Of a stretch of 64,000 bases of DNA, positions 48,625-59,588 are shown one piece after another. Made by a program: the position numbers and the translations under genes. The stretch spans positions 190,342 to 254,341 of the forward strand of contig CAVYAN010000072.1 in NCBI GenBank assembly GCA_963766075.1, read 5' to 3'. Below the pieces are notes generated by a model. That model was not told the origin of the DNA. It saw nothing but the letters and a program-made list of their open reading frames with translations, and did not search any database. Numbering within the stretch: the first letter of the stretch is position 1; each line of letters opens with the position of its first letter. Source of the stretch: an uncultured cyanobacterium. GTDB taxonomy: Bacteria; Cyanobacteriota; Cyanobacteriia; Leptolyngbyales; Leptolyngbyaceae.

Positions 48625-51060
48625 CTAGGTCGGCATCACTAGCGTGCCAAACTTCGGTGACCAAAACCCATCCCGTCCCACAAAAAAGGCCACCTCCTGA
48701 CACTTGCCCCGGCGATGATCCGGCAAAGAACAGCGCAGCATCGTCTTTGGCTTACCCTCCTTCGTATAGGTGTAACGCTCCAGCAGAGCTCCGCACACCG
48801 GACAGGGATGATCGGTAAAGGCATCGGGATTGGGCGGACGCTGGGCGTAAGGCAACTCGTACTGCGCGGCCTGGGCATTCCAAAACATCACCGTGCCACA
48901 GCCCGCCCCGCATTTGAGGTAGTGATCGGCCTGCAACTTGGGTGAGGTTGAGGGCACTTTGTTCAGAGCCTTTTGGCATTTGGGACAGGGGATCGGGGCC
49001 GTCGGGGCGGTTTTCATGGCCGGGGCGGTTTTCGTAGCCAAAGGGGTTTTTGTCGCCGTGGGGATGGTGGTCGTTTTCCCAATAGACGCCGTTTTAGCGA
49101 TCGCTTTAGCTTTGGCCCTCGTCTTGGTTGTGGTTTTAGGAGTTTTAGTCGTAGTTTTGGCAGAGGGCGATCGCCCCCCAGCTTTCCCACGCGGGGATTT
49201 CCCAGATATTACCCCCGATGAAATATCTGTAGCAACCACAGATGCCTCTAAGGGGTTCCCTGAAGGAACTCTCGTCGCCGTCCCACTTACTATTCCCGTT
49301 CCCACCATCCCCGTGCCCAAGAGCCGCCCCGCCTGGTTCAAAGCGGGCGCAAAATACGTGCGATGCCAAGTGGTTAGATAGGTTTGCCAGTCCTGCTGGC
49401 CGTGGGCGATCGCATCCAGGGCCGCTTCCATCTGGGCCGTAAATTCCGGCTGAATCAAGTCCGGCAACAGCTTGGCCAACGCCCCATCCAGATCCATCCC
49501 CAACGCTGTCGGCTGCAACTTTCCCTTCTCAATCTGCACATAGTGACGCTCCTTCAGCGTTTTGATCGTGGGCGCATAGGTGCTCGGTCGGCCAATCCCT
49601 TGCCGCTCCATCAGTTGCACCAACTTTGGCTCGGTATAGCGCGGCGGCGGCTGGGTTTGCTTGGCATCGGCCCCCGCCTGCTTCAGATGGACGGCCTGCT
49701 GGGACTGGACCCCCGGCAACGCACTATCCGCACTCAAATTATTCCAATAGCGCGTATACCCCGCAAATTCCACCACCTGCCCCCGCGCTTCCCAATGGGT
49801 CGATCCCGCTGCGGTCACCACCCGCGTTTTGCGGAGACGCGCCCCACAGCACTGCGACGCCACGGTACGGTGCCAAATGACATCGTACAGTTGGGCCGCA
49901 TCCCCACTCACCTGCGCCGCCAATGCCGCCGGAATTCGCCGAATATCCGTAGGGCGAATCGCTTCGTGGGCTTCCTGCGCCGTTTTATTGGCCCGATAGC
50001 GGGGAGCCGTTTTAGGCAGATTCGTCGGATCGGTTTGGGCTAAATAGTCCCGCACCGTAGCGCAAAACTCCGCCGAAAGCGTCACCGAATCCGTCCGCAT
50101 ATAGGTAATATGACCCGCCTCGTAGAGAGTCTGCGCCACTTTCATCGTTTGCTCCGGACTGAAGCGCAGTTTGGCTCCCGCCGCTTGCTGCAATGTGGAC
50201 GTAATGAACGGCGGCGGCGGCAACTGGGTCGTCGTTTTCCCTTCGAGTTTGATCACCTGATGAGGATGCGATCGCGCGATCGCCACCAATCGATCCGCCT
50301 CGGCCTGACTCGTCACCCGATCCGACTCCGGCCCCGCCTTTGCTTCGGCTCCGCTTTCGGCTACACCGCTGGCACCGTCTGTCGCATCATCCACCGCCTC
50401 TGCCGCGTTTGCCCGCGTTGCGCCTCCCTGAGCCCGATAAAAGGCTTTAAATCCCTCCGCATACTCCACCCACACGCTCCAATAATCCTGGGGCTGAAAC
50501 CCCCGAATGGTCTGCTCCCGCTGACAGAGTAAATGCAGCGTGGCACTTTGGACCCGCCCCATGGACTTCGCCCCATTGTTCAGCTTCCACACCACATGCT
50601 TACTGCCCTTGTAGCCCACCAATTTGTCCAGGCAATCCCGCGCCCGCCCCGCCGCAATCAATGCTTGATCCAACGTGCGGGGATGGGCGATCGCCGCACG
50701 TACCGCCTGGGGCGTAATTTCGCTATAGATTACCCGCCGAGGATTGTTCAACCGCAGTGCCTGCTGCAAATGCCAGCCGATGGTTTCGCCCTCCCGATCC
50801 GGGTCCGTGGCAATGTAGACCGTGTTGGCCTGTTTAACCGCCTGCCGCAATTCAGCTAAGACTTTTTTGCCACGATCGCCCCGAGGCTCATACCGACAAT
50901 CCACGCTCGTCTCGCCCAAATCAAAGCCCAGCGCATCTTCTCCGTCGTTGGCCAACTCCCGCACATGCCCCATGCTGGCGCGGACGATCCAGCCCGCTCC
51001 CAGAATTTGACTGAGCTTTTTCAACTTACCCGGAGATTCAATCAGCAGCAAATTTGTCAT
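48625..51060 (-). CDS. topA: Type IA DNA topoisomerase with Lys/Thr-rich linker and C-terminal zinc ribbons
   Basis: IESPGK, ATDPDREGE, GRVQS, ITYMRTDS, QEAHEAIRPT, GIGRPSTY; CxxC pairs. Confidence 0.9.
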   Translation of the reverse strand: MTNLLLIESPGKLKKLSQILGAGWIVRASMGHVRELANDGEDALGFDLGETSVDCRYEPRGDRGKKVLAELRQAVKQANTVYIATDPDREGETIGWHLQQALRLNNPRRVIYSEITPQAVRAAIAHPRTLDQALIAAGRARDCLDKLVGYKGSKHVVWKLNNGAKSMGRVQSATLHLLCQREQTIRGFQPQDYWSVWVEYAEGFKAFYRAQGGATRANAAEAVDDATDGASGVAESGAEAKAGPESDRVTSQAEADRLVAIARSHPHQVIKLEGKTTTQLPPPPFITSTLQQAAGAKLRFSPEQTMKVAQTLYEAGHITYMRTDSVTLSAEFCATVRDYLAQTDPTNLPKTAPRYRANKTAQEAHEAIRPTDIRRIPAALAAQVSGDAAQLYDVIWHRTVASQCCGARLRKTRVVTAAGSTHWEARGQVVEFAGYTRYWNNLSADSALPGVQSQQAVHLKQAGADAKQTQPPPRYTEPKLVQLMERQGIGRPSTYAPTIKTLKERHYVQIEKGKLQPTALGMDLDGALAKLLPDLIQPEFTAQMEAALDAIAHGQQDWQTYLTTWHRTYFAPALNQAGRLLGTGMVGTGIVSGTATRVPSGNPLEASVVATDISSGVISGKSPRGKAGGRSPSAKTTTKTPKTTTKTRAKAKAIAKTASIGKTTTIPTATKTPLATKTAPAMKTAPTAPIPCPKCQKALNKVPSTSPKLQADHYLKCGAGCGTVMFWNAQAAQYELPYAQRPPNPDAFTDHPCPVCGALLERYTYTKEGKPKTMLRCSLPDHRRGKCQEVAFFVGRDGFWSPKFGTLVMPT

Positions 51061-51243
51061 GGCGCGATCGTAGAAAACGATACTTTAATAGTACACCCGA
51101 TCTGATTTTAGCGGTTGGATGTTAGATTTCTGCCTGGGGGTGGGACGCAAAATTCCCAGGGGGGGTGACTACAACCAAGTACAGGGGTTATCCACACCAG
51201 AAATTTAGTCCTGGATTTGGCAAGATAGCGGTGTCAACAAAAC

Positions 51244-51879
51244 ATGAGCCCCGAGGAAATTATGGCTGACTCTATCAAAGCTAATCTGACCGAAAATCTA
51301 CAAAAAGCCAAAGCCACCAGCGGCACTCGCGTGGCTCGGGTTGGCGAAATTTTTAAAGATGCCGCCGCGCAAACCGTGGCCGAATTCAAAGCTGGTAAAA
51401 CCGAAATCAGCGAGATTGCCCAGGACACCATTGCCACGGTTACGGCTACGCTCAAATCGCCTGCTTCTGGCGGACAGTCTAATCCTGTGGAACCCAATGC
51501 TACAGAGGCTGCTCAAAATGGATTTATCCGGCTATGGCAATTGCTCAAACAGCGACTAGTCAACGCTTGGCAACGGCGGTCGGTCACTGTGGAGCATTAT
51601 TCGGCCCAATGGAAAACCCAGCGAGATCATCTGGACACAAAACTCACAGAACAATACGGCGATCGCTACACCCAAACGAAGCAGCACGTGAACACCGTTG
51701 TGACTGCCTACAGTCAAGCGCGGGAAAATAATGAAACCCCCATCGCCGATGTTTTAAACCAAAAACAGTCTGAACTGGAAACTAAGTTGGGTGAGGTTGG
51801 ATCCCACGTGGCGAAAACAGAACACCAAATTCGCCAGAATCTCAAGAATATTCTCCAGACAACAGCCGAAAAACTCTAG
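51244..51879 (+). CDS. Hypothetical helical/coiled-coil protein
   Basis: 211-aa ORF, first gene of an apparent small operon. Confidence 0.7.
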   Translation: MSPEEIMADSIKANLTENLQKAKATSGTRVARVGEIFKDAAAQTVAEFKAGKTEISEIAQDTIATVTATLKSPASGGQSNPVEPNATEAAQNGFIRLWQLLKQRLVNAWQRRSVTVEHYSAQWKTQRDHLDTKLTEQYGDRYTQTKQHVNTVVTAYSQARENNETPIADVLNQKQSELETKLGEVGSHVAKTEHQIRQNLKNILQTTAEKL

Positions 51880-52007
51880 ACTCTCACCATGATCAATCGG
51901 CGTTAACCCTGAATACCGGGTTACGACGCCTTTCCTTCTGCCACACGCATCAGCACCATTGACCCTAAAAATTCACCCCAAAAATTGACACCGAAAAGGA
52001 CATTGCT

Positions 52008-52193
52008 ATGAAACTTCTCCGTTTACTGCTAGGTCTACTGCTCCCGCCCGTTGGCGTTCTGCTCACCTACGGCGTTGGACCTACGCTTTTCATCAATCTC
52101 TTACTGACATGCCTAGGCTGGGTACCCGGCATCATTCACGCGGTCTGGGCGATCGCCAAGCACAATGAAGCGCAGTCCCTCGGTACCACCTAA
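52008..52193 (+). CDS. YqaE/Pmp3 family membrane proteolipid
   Basis: LLPPVGV...INLLLT.LGWVPGIIHAVW. Confidence 0.9.
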   Translation: MKLLRLLLGLLLPPVGVLLTYGVGPTLFINLLLTCLGWVPGIIHAVWAIAKHNEAQSLGTT

Positions 52194-52271
52194 TTCTACA
52201 TCGACGGTTATAGGGTCTTACCTATAGCCCTTCCGAGCCGTGACCCCCTATTTTTTACAAGGAGATTTCCC

Positions 52272-52673
52272 ATGCTTCCCTTTTTCCTAACCACGTTAAT
52301 GACCGCAGTTGGCTTACTGTGCGTTGATTTAGTGATCCCCGGTGTCGATATCGCCACCTTCCCTGCCGCCCTGCTTGCCGCCATCTCCATTGGTCTAGTC
52401 AATGGCTTCATCAAGCCGATTCTATTTTTCCTGTCACTACCGGTCACTTTGTTGACCCTGGGGCTGTTTTCCTTTGTCGTCAACGGCATCTGCTTTTGGT
52501 TAGCCTCTCTTGTGGTTCCAGGCTTTGTTGTCCATGGGCCGGTAGCCGCAATTTTGGGTCCGATCGTCCTGTCTCTGGCGACCACCTTTCTGAGCCAGTA
52601 CATGGTCACCAAAGATAGCCACAAATCTGCATCCCCAATCCAGCCCACCGCGATTCGTGCAAGCGGTGAGTGA
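52272..52673 (+). CDS. YvlD/phage-holin-4 family membrane protein
   Basis: GLVNGFIKPIL..LSLP.T.LTLGLF..VVN. Confidence 0.88.
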   Translation: MLPFFLTTLMTAVGLLCVDLVIPGVDIATFPAALLAAISIGLVNGFIKPILFFLSLPVTLLTLGLFSFVVNGICFWLASLVVPGFVVHGPVAAILGPIVLSLATTFLSQYMVTKDSHKSASPIQPTAIRASGE

Positions 52674-52713
52674 GTCATGAGCTTGATTTCCCTACCCAAA
52701 CAACCTACTCAAA

Positions 52714-52758
52714 CAACGAAAGGGTGGGCAGGCTCCAGACCTACCCACCCTTTCGTTG
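52714..52758. terminator. Hairpin between convergent genes (probable bidirectional terminator)
   Basis: CAACGAAAGGGTGGGCAGG...CCTACCCACCCTTTCGTTG. Confidence 0.7.
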
Positions 52759-52812
52759 CGGCAGCACACCACAACATTCCCCCGGCCAACTGCCCGTTAG
52801 CGCATCCTCAGG

Positions 52813-53301
52813 CTAAGCCTCTTTCGTCCGCCGACCGCGCGTCGTCTTCGCAGCAGAAGGAGCCGCTGACTTCCGGCCTCGCTTGGCGACAGGCTCAGCA
52901 ACAGGAGCCTTCGCAGCACCGCGTCGTCCACGGGTTGGTTTTTCTTCCGGCACTACAGTAGTCTCTTCCGGCGCGGCGGCGGGTTTCGTTACACTAGCCC
53001 GACCCCGGGTTGTCTTCGGAGCGATCGCCTTAGAGGATTTACGTTTGCCCGAGGGCACATAATTCTTCAGCGTCGAGGCACTAATCATAATGCCCTGCTT
53101 CGCCAACATATCGGCCACATCCTGGTAGCTGTAGCCCTTTGCCAACGCCTCTTGGATCTGTTCTTGTAATTGGCCTACGGCTTCCCGCAGGGAAAGTTGC
53201 TCCTTCGGCTTGATGGGGAGCGCATTCAAAAATGTCTCTGCCTGAATCACAATACTGGGAGCAATATTTGCAGACCGAGCACGTCGAGTTATAGTTGCCA
53301 T
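52813..53301 (-). CDS. Hypothetical protein: HTH-like core plus basic histone-like tail
   Basis: KGYSYQDVADML...ISASTLKNY; tail with TRGR/KRGRK motifs. Confidence 0.7.
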   Translation of the reverse strand: MATITRRARSANIAPSIVIQAETFLNALPIKPKEQLSLREAVGQLQEQIQEALAKGYSYQDVADMLAKQGIMISASTLKNYVPSGKRKSSKAIAPKTTRGRASVTKPAAAPEETTVVPEEKPTRGRRGAAKAPVAEPVAKRGRKSAAPSAAKTTRGRRTKEA

Positions 53302-53466
53302 AGAATCAGATTTAGGAATACCGAAACAATCCCACAATCTTAGCCCCAGTTTTCAAAAAGCACACAAAAATCATTTATAAAATTGTCGGTTTGAGGTGAG
53401 ATTCACCTAGCTCTTAGATAAATTGGACGGTTTCTCCCGTCCTCATCACGCTATTTTCTCGCCTAA

Positions 53467-54390
53467 GGCTCATGGATTAAATAAGGTGTAATTCCATCAC
53501 CTGGATCTGTAAGCCAGAGAGAACGATGAGTCCTGAGAGAATGATGTAACCCTACCCTGCCCCGATAGAAGCCCAGATGGAACGGTATTATCAATCGCTG
53601 TCGGAAAAGGATCGCCGTCGCTATGGGGCGATTGAAGCGGTGAAATAAGGGCAGGCATACATCCGGGGACTGTTCGGCTACCATCACGAAACCTTGGCCC
53701 TGGGACGGGCAGAACTGGCAGACGAGAAAGCCCTCGAACAGGAGCGCATCCGTCAGCCTAGAGGTGGACGGAAATCAGCCTTGGAAACCATTGCTCAATT
53801 AGACGAGGCATTTTTGCGGGTATTAGAGCAACTGGGGTTGCCATTCCCCACGGGTTATACGATACCGACAACGTGGGCTACATCCAGATTGGCATCAGCC
53901 GCGATACCAGCGAGTTCGCCTGCGACTCCATTCGCTACTGGTGGAACACCTATGGCAAAGGGCGCTATCCTTTGGCTGCCTCGATTTTGTTGTTGTGGGA
54001 TGGCGGTGGCCGCAACAGTTCACGCTCATTACATCTTTAAGCAGGACTTACAGGCGTTGGTCAACGAGTTAGGCATCGAAATTCGCATCGCTCACTATCC
54101 ACCCTATACCTCCAAGTACAATCCGATTGAGCATCGCTTATTTCCCCATATCTCTCGTGTGTGCCAAGGTGTAATCTTTGAGAGTGTCCAGACCGTACAA
54201 GAACTGATGGCAAGGGCAACGACTCGCACAGGTCTCAATGTCTTTACAACGATTCTCAATAAAACCTACCAAACGGGGCGAAAAATGGCTGAAGACTTCA
54301 AATCCAACATGAAAATTGTCTTTGATGAATTCTTACCGCAGTGGAATTACACGGCAAAGCCAGAATTACAGATTATTTAATCCACGTTCC
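53467..54390 (+). mobile_element. ISAzo13-family IS remnant (pseudogenised, internally deleted transposase)
   Basis: IAHYPPYTSKYNPIEHRLF and WNYT motifs; terminal IRs GGCTCATGGATTAAATAA and TTATTTAATCCACGTTCC; TAA on both flanks; stops and frameshifts. Confidence 0.85.
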
Positions 54391-54393
54391 TAA

Positions 54394-54528
54394 GTGCGTC
54401 AAGGTTTCTCAGCAAGAGATGGATGCGCTGAACATTGTACATCGCTGATTCTGTCCCCACTGGAATTACGTGATTAAGCCGCGAGATCCACTCCCTGAAA
54501 AGGTGTGAAATTATTTCTTGACGCCCAC
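54394..54528 (+). mobile_element. Right-end fragment of a second ISAzo13-like element
   Basis: Translates VKVSQQEMDALNIVHR*FCPHWNYVIKPR; ends TTATTTCTTGACGCCCAC-TAA. Confidence 0.65.
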
Positions 54529-54772
54529 TAACATGAGGTTCCTGATGCTGAATTTTTTCTCATGACATCACAACACTCAAGTAAAAAGTAACATCTACTC
54601 CCTGTCAGAGTATATGTCCAAGATTTCTGCATCAGTCCATGAAACCGCCCCGCATCATGGGTTAAAACAAACGGGCGAAACATAATCGTTAGCTATCCCC
54701 CAAAAGCTGCCAAAAGCCTTATCATGAGGCCCAAAGCCTCGCAAATCACCAAAACCCCGAGGAGAATCGTCC

Positions 54773-55396
54773 GTGACCCAAGCCATTGCCCATGCTGAAT
54801 TCGTGGCGACTCACCCCCTTGCCGATCGCGCCACACCTGCCAAACTTGTATGCCCACCAACCCAGCCCACCGCCGATCGCCCACCCGCCCCAGGCCATGA
54901 CCTCTGGTTTACCGTGCAACCCACCTGGTTGGGTTGGGCCTTGGTAGCCGCCACCCACCAGGGAATTTGCGCGATTCACCTCGGAGACACCGCCACCGAT
55001 CTCACAACGCAGCTCCAGCAGCAATTTCCCCAGGCCCAGGCTCAAAATAATTCCATCTTGGCCGATTGGATACACCCAATCCTCGCCTTAATCGAGTCCC
55101 CCCAACATCGGCTAGATTTGCCCCTAGACCTGCAAGGCACGGCCTTCCAACAGCGCGTCTGGCACTTCCTCCAAACCATTCCTCCTGGCACCACCACCAG
55201 TTACAGCGCGATCGCCCGCCAGCTCGGCAACCCCAACGCCACGCGAGCCGTAGCGCGGGCCTGCGCCACCAATTCCGTCGCCATAGTGATTCCCTGCCAT
55301 CGCGTAGTGGGTCGTGATGGCACACTCCGAGGCTACCGCTGGGGCTGCGATCGCAAACAAGCCTTGCTCGATCGTGAAGCCTCATCCATTGGCTGA
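54773..55396 (+). CDS. ogt: Methylated-DNA--protein-cysteine methyltransferase (C-terminal Ada-like)
   Basis: GTAFQQRVW, RAVARACATN, IPCHRVV. Confidence 0.9.
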   Translation: MTQAIAHAEFVATHPLADRATPAKLVCPPTQPTADRPPAPGHDLWFTVQPTWLGWALVAATHQGICAIHLGDTATDLTTQLQQQFPQAQAQNNSILADWIHPILALIESPQHRLDLPLDLQGTAFQQRVWHFLQTIPPGTTTSYSAIARQLGNPNATRAVARACATNSVAIVIPCHRVVGRDGTLRGYRWGCDRKQALLDREASSIG

Positions 55397-55427
55397 ATTT
55401 ACATGACCTAAATTACATAACCTGAAT

Positions 55428-56480
55428 TTACTGAATCGCCTTCATCAAGTATTCCGCCAATTCAATCAACTGATTGCGGTTAAACGTATTCAACAACACT
55501 CGGGCCGCAGCCCTAGGCTCCACCGGAATCATAATTTGCTGAGCTTTATTGCCCTTGGCGGCGATCGGCATAGCTTCCGCATTGGCCGGAACAGCATTAG
55601 CCGCAGCAGAATTGGCTGGAACCGGAGACTGGCCAGCAGGGCGAGGAGATGCCCCGGCCAACGCAGGCGCTTGGAGCTGAGCCAACTGCTGCAAATTTTT
55701 GCTGGGAGCAATGTCCGCCACCCGTCCGGCAATCAACAAATCCCCAGCCTGCTTTAACTCCTTGATCAGCAAAGGAGCCAGGATTTTGTAAGGAACCTTG
55801 GGATTGGCGATCGCCGGTTCCACCAGTACCGACTCCGCCAAAATCGCCTTGCCCGCCACCTGCATTAAGTGCTGCCACTCCTGCCCACTATGCAACTGCA
55901 TCATCTTGACGCACAGCCCCACCAACTTTTGTCGGCCCGCGGGCGTGTCCCCCTGCTTAAACAACTCCAGCATTTGTTTCAATGCTGCATTCATCACCGC
56001 AGGCAAATTAGCCACCACCTTGGCCGCAGGCGGCTTCACCTCACGCGATCGCACCTCACCCCGAATCAGCCGATTCAGATAGGCTTCCAACTCGATAAAC
56101 ATGGGCGCCGCCGTTTGCATCACCTGAGTCACCTCATGACTTTGCAAACCATAGGGCGATTGCAACTCCGTCACCAAATGCTTCAGCACATCAAACCCCT
56201 GCAAAAACAAATTTTCCAGGTGTTGATCCACCCGCACGGGATTTTCTTTGAGTAGTTTAAATGCATCTTCTAAGTGATGCCCCACCTTTTGAATGGTGTC
56301 AAACCCCAGCATCGCGGCACCGCCCTTGACCGAATGGGCCGCCCGAAACAACTCATTTAACCGCTCCGTATCGTCCATCGTTGCTTGTAAATCAATCAAG
56401 CACTGCTCAATCGTATCGAGATGCTCCCGAGCTTCCTCGATAAAATAGACCACGATCTGCTGCTGTTTGGTCGCCTGCAC
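55428..56480 (-). CDS. Hpt (CheA P1-like) phosphotransfer domain protein
   Basis: YFIEEAREHL, LFRAAHSVKGGAAMLG, HHLEDAF. Confidence 0.88.
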   Translation of the reverse strand: MQATKQQQIVVYFIEEAREHLDTIEQCLIDLQATMDDTERLNELFRAAHSVKGGAAMLGFDTIQKVGHHLEDAFKLLKENPVRVDQHLENLFLQGFDVLKHLVTELQSPYGLQSHEVTQVMQTAAPMFIELEAYLNRLIRGEVRSREVKPPAAKVVANLPAVMNAALKQMLELFKQGDTPAGRQKLVGLCVKMMQLHSGQEWQHLMQVAGKAILAESVLVEPAIANPKVPYKILAPLLIKELKQAGDLLIAGRVADIAPSKNLQQLAQLQAPALAGASPRPAGQSPVPANSAAANAVPANAEAMPIAAKGNKAQQIMIPVEPRAAARVLLNTFNRNQLIELAEYLMKAIQ

Positions 56481-56713
56481 AACCCTTACCTCAAACTGCT
56501 AATGTCACGACACGGAATCCAGTTTTGACTACGCTTCGCCTATGGGCAGTATGCCCGTAGCGGTAGCATTTGTAACTTCTAAAATTTAGGTAATGACCCC
56601 TGAAGAACTAAACCCCCGAAAACTAAAACCTAAATCTGGAAAGCCCAAGTGTGCAAGCATTTTTAATTTTTAACTTTGAATTTTTAATTTGTCTCCCTTT
56701 CCCCTGCTTTTCC

Positions 56714-57680
56714 CTATCGGCCCAAGACCGGAACCGAACCTGAAGGGCACTGCCCTCTAGTGTCCTCTGTTTTAGATAAAGTGGGCGGAATTTTTGTAGG
56801 CGTACTGGATTCACAGACAGCAGACTGCGTGGGCGCGGTCGTCGTGGGTGAGTCAGGCACCCAGACAATCGCCCTAAAACTCTTTAATCCATCTGCCAGC
56901 GGCGTCCCGGTTAAATCTGCCTGCGTTGGAGACTGCACCGTGAGCTTGTAGCTGTAGGTATAGCTGTGGGACATCATGGAGGCGGAGCGTTCCAGTTCTT
57001 CTAGGCTGGCCGCAAACCGATTATTCTTTGCATAAAATGTTTGCTGGGTTTGGGTCATTTTCACCAAGTAGGTTTTGGCCTGGGCTTGTTGCTCGGCAGG
57101 AGTGGGAGTGGCACCAAAGGGTGACGAAGCAGCGGATGAGCCAGTCGGCGTTTCGCCAACCTGAGACCTATCAGCGCCCTTGAGTGGGTCAGCGAGGAGA
57201 CGAGGCCCCCAGGCAGAATGAGCGAACCATGCGCCCAGCCCACCAACAACAAAGCTGCCACAGGCCAAAGCACTCACCCATAGCCAGGGGAGGGATATTG
57301 ATGGATTGGCGAAGCGTCGGAGGGGCGATCGCCCGGAAGGGGGGGGCACCGTCTCGGCGGTGATGTCCGCTGAGGGCACCAGAGCGCCCTCGATTCGGGA
57401 TGGACTCAATCCACAGCGGCAGATCCTCCCCCGAGGGATAGGCATAGATCCACACCACCGGGAACGACACCACACCTAGCTTGACTAATCCCTTTTTTGT
57501 AAAGTCAACTAGGGCGGGCTGGGGCAGAGCGCGATCGGACGTGAAGAAAATGTGCAAGTCGCCTTGGCGGACCTCCGTGGTTGCAGTAATTCCACGGGGT
57601 TGTAACGTAGCATTCATCAACGCGGCAATGGCTTCTGGATCACCCTGTTTGGCCGGGATCAGGTTACTGGGCTGGGTCAT
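56714..57680 (-). CDS. Hypothetical membrane protein with C-terminal pilin-like domain (frameshifted)
   Basis: N-terminal AKQGDPEAIAALMN; TM helix; QAKTYL..M...QQ.FY..N.RFA.SLEEL; terminal Cys pair. Confidence 0.65.
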
Positions 57681-57903
57681 GGTGGGGAGGTGGGGCGGCA
57701 AAACTCAGGGAAAAAACAGGTCAACCGATTCAAATTTAACGTAGATCGGCGATCGATGGCAGCGCTGGAATCGCTTGATTCGATGGGCTTGACGGCAGAT
57801 TCTTTACAAAACTTAAACAGGTGCGGCTCGCACACTTTGGGACACCATTTCGCTCTACAATGCATGGCACATCCCCTGTCCCGTAATCCTCCCCCGATTT
57901 GCC

Positions 57904-59492
57904 ATGAGTATTGGCTATCTTGCCCTCGTTCTGCACGCCCATTTACCCTTTGTTCGTCACCCCGAAAGCGACTATGTGTTGGAGGAAGAATGGCTTTATG
58001 AAGCTATTACCGAAACCTACATTCCGCTGTTGCAAGTCTTTGAAGGGTTAAAGCGAGACGGCATTGACTTCAAAATCACGATGAGTATGACACCGCCTCT
58101 GGTGTCGATGCTGCTCGATCCGCTGCTGCAAGAACGCTATGACGAGCACTTTGCCCACCTAAAGAACTGGCAGAGATGGAGATGAGCGTAACGCCACAAC
58201 GGACATCTTCAGTATTTGGCGGAATACTACGCCAAAGAGTTAACCGAGGTGCGGCAGATATGGGAACAGTACGATCGCGATTTGATCAAAGCCTTCAACC
58301 AGTCTTGCCAATTCCAATAACCTAGAAATCATCACTTGCGGTGCTACCCACGGCTACCTACCCCTGATGAAAATGTATCCCGCAGGCTGTGTGGGCACAG
58401 ATTCAGGTGGCCTGTGAACACTACGAAGAAACCTTTGGACGGGCACCCAAAGGCATTTGGCTGCCGGAATGTGCCTACTACGAAGGGGTAGAGCGGATGT
58501 TGGCGGATGCTGGCTTGCGCTATTTCCTCACCGATGGCCATGGCATTCTCTACGCCCGTCCCCGTCCTCGGTTTGGCACCTATGCGCCAATCTTTACCCC
58601 ACTGGTGTTGCGGCCTTTGGGCGGGATCACGAATCTTCGCAGCAGGTATGGTCCTCGGAAGTGGGCTATCCTGGTGCGGCGGAATACCGGGAGTTTTACC
58701 GCGATTTGGGCTGGGATGCTGAATATGAGTACATCAAGCCCTATGTTATGCCCAATGGTCAGCGGAAAAACATGGGTATCAAGTATCACAAAATTACTGG
58801 TAAGGGCTTGGGGCTTTCTGACAAGACAGCTCTACGACCCCTACTGGGCGAGGGAAAAAGCAGCTGAGCACGCCGCTAATTTCATGTACAACCGGGAGCG
58901 TCAAGTCGAGCATCTATACGGCATCATGCAGCGCAAGCCGATTATCGTGTCGCCCTACGATGCAGAACTATTTGGGCACTGGTGGTACGAGGGACCGTGG
59001 TTTATCGACTACCTGTTCCGCAAGACCTGGTTTGACCAAGGCACTTACGAAATGACCCATCTGGCAGACTATTTGCGGGATAATCCAACCCAGCAAGTGT
59101 CGCATCCTTCTCAGTCCAGTTGGGGCTACAAGGGCTTCCACGAGTATTGGTTGAATGAAACCAATGCCTGGATTTATCCGCATCTGCACAAAGCAACGGA
59201 ACGGATGATTGAGCTGTCTCGGAATGAGCCAGAGGATGAACTGACCCTGCGGGCGCTGAACCAGGCTGCCCGCGAGCTGCTCTTGGCCCAATCGTCGGAC
59301 TGGGCGTTTATTATGCGGACGGGGACGATGGTGCCCTATGCGGTGCGCCGCACCAAGTCTCACCTGCAACGGTTCCACAAGCTGTATGAGGATCTGAAGG
59401 AAGGCAAGGTGGACTCCGGCTGGTTGGAGAAGGTAGAAGCGATCGATAATATTTTCCCGAATATTGACTATCGAGTCTATCGTCCGCTGTAG
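57904..59492 (+). CDS. GH57 family glucan branching enzyme (DUF1957), several frameshifts
   Basis: LHAHLPFVRHP, GIWLPEC, PYDAELFGHWWYEG, ARELLLAQSSDWAF. Confidence 0.88.
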
Positions 59493-59588
59493 CAGAGGGT
59501 TGAACCATTCTCCTGTGGGTCGCAAAAGTCTCGATTTCCCTCTGCCTCTCCCTCTGCTTCAATGATGGCTAACCCAGATGGCTAACCC

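Noticed and set aside
51188..51196. DnaA box as a replication origin
   Set aside because: Single box, with no cluster and no dnaA/dnaN or rep gene nearby.
52272..52673. Holin-family gene as evidence of a prophage
   Set aside because: The YvlD-type family is commonly chromosomal, and no phage genes are nearby.
3479..59492. Many split genes (BMP, GT2, ABC ATPase and permease, TIR-WD40, Uma2, DUF5615, cobJ, GH57) as pseudogenes or programmed frameshifts
   Set aside because: Breaks are small indels spread over unrelated genes, including conserved metabolic ones, without accumulated stops. This is most consistent with sequencing or assembly error. Read polishing would decide.
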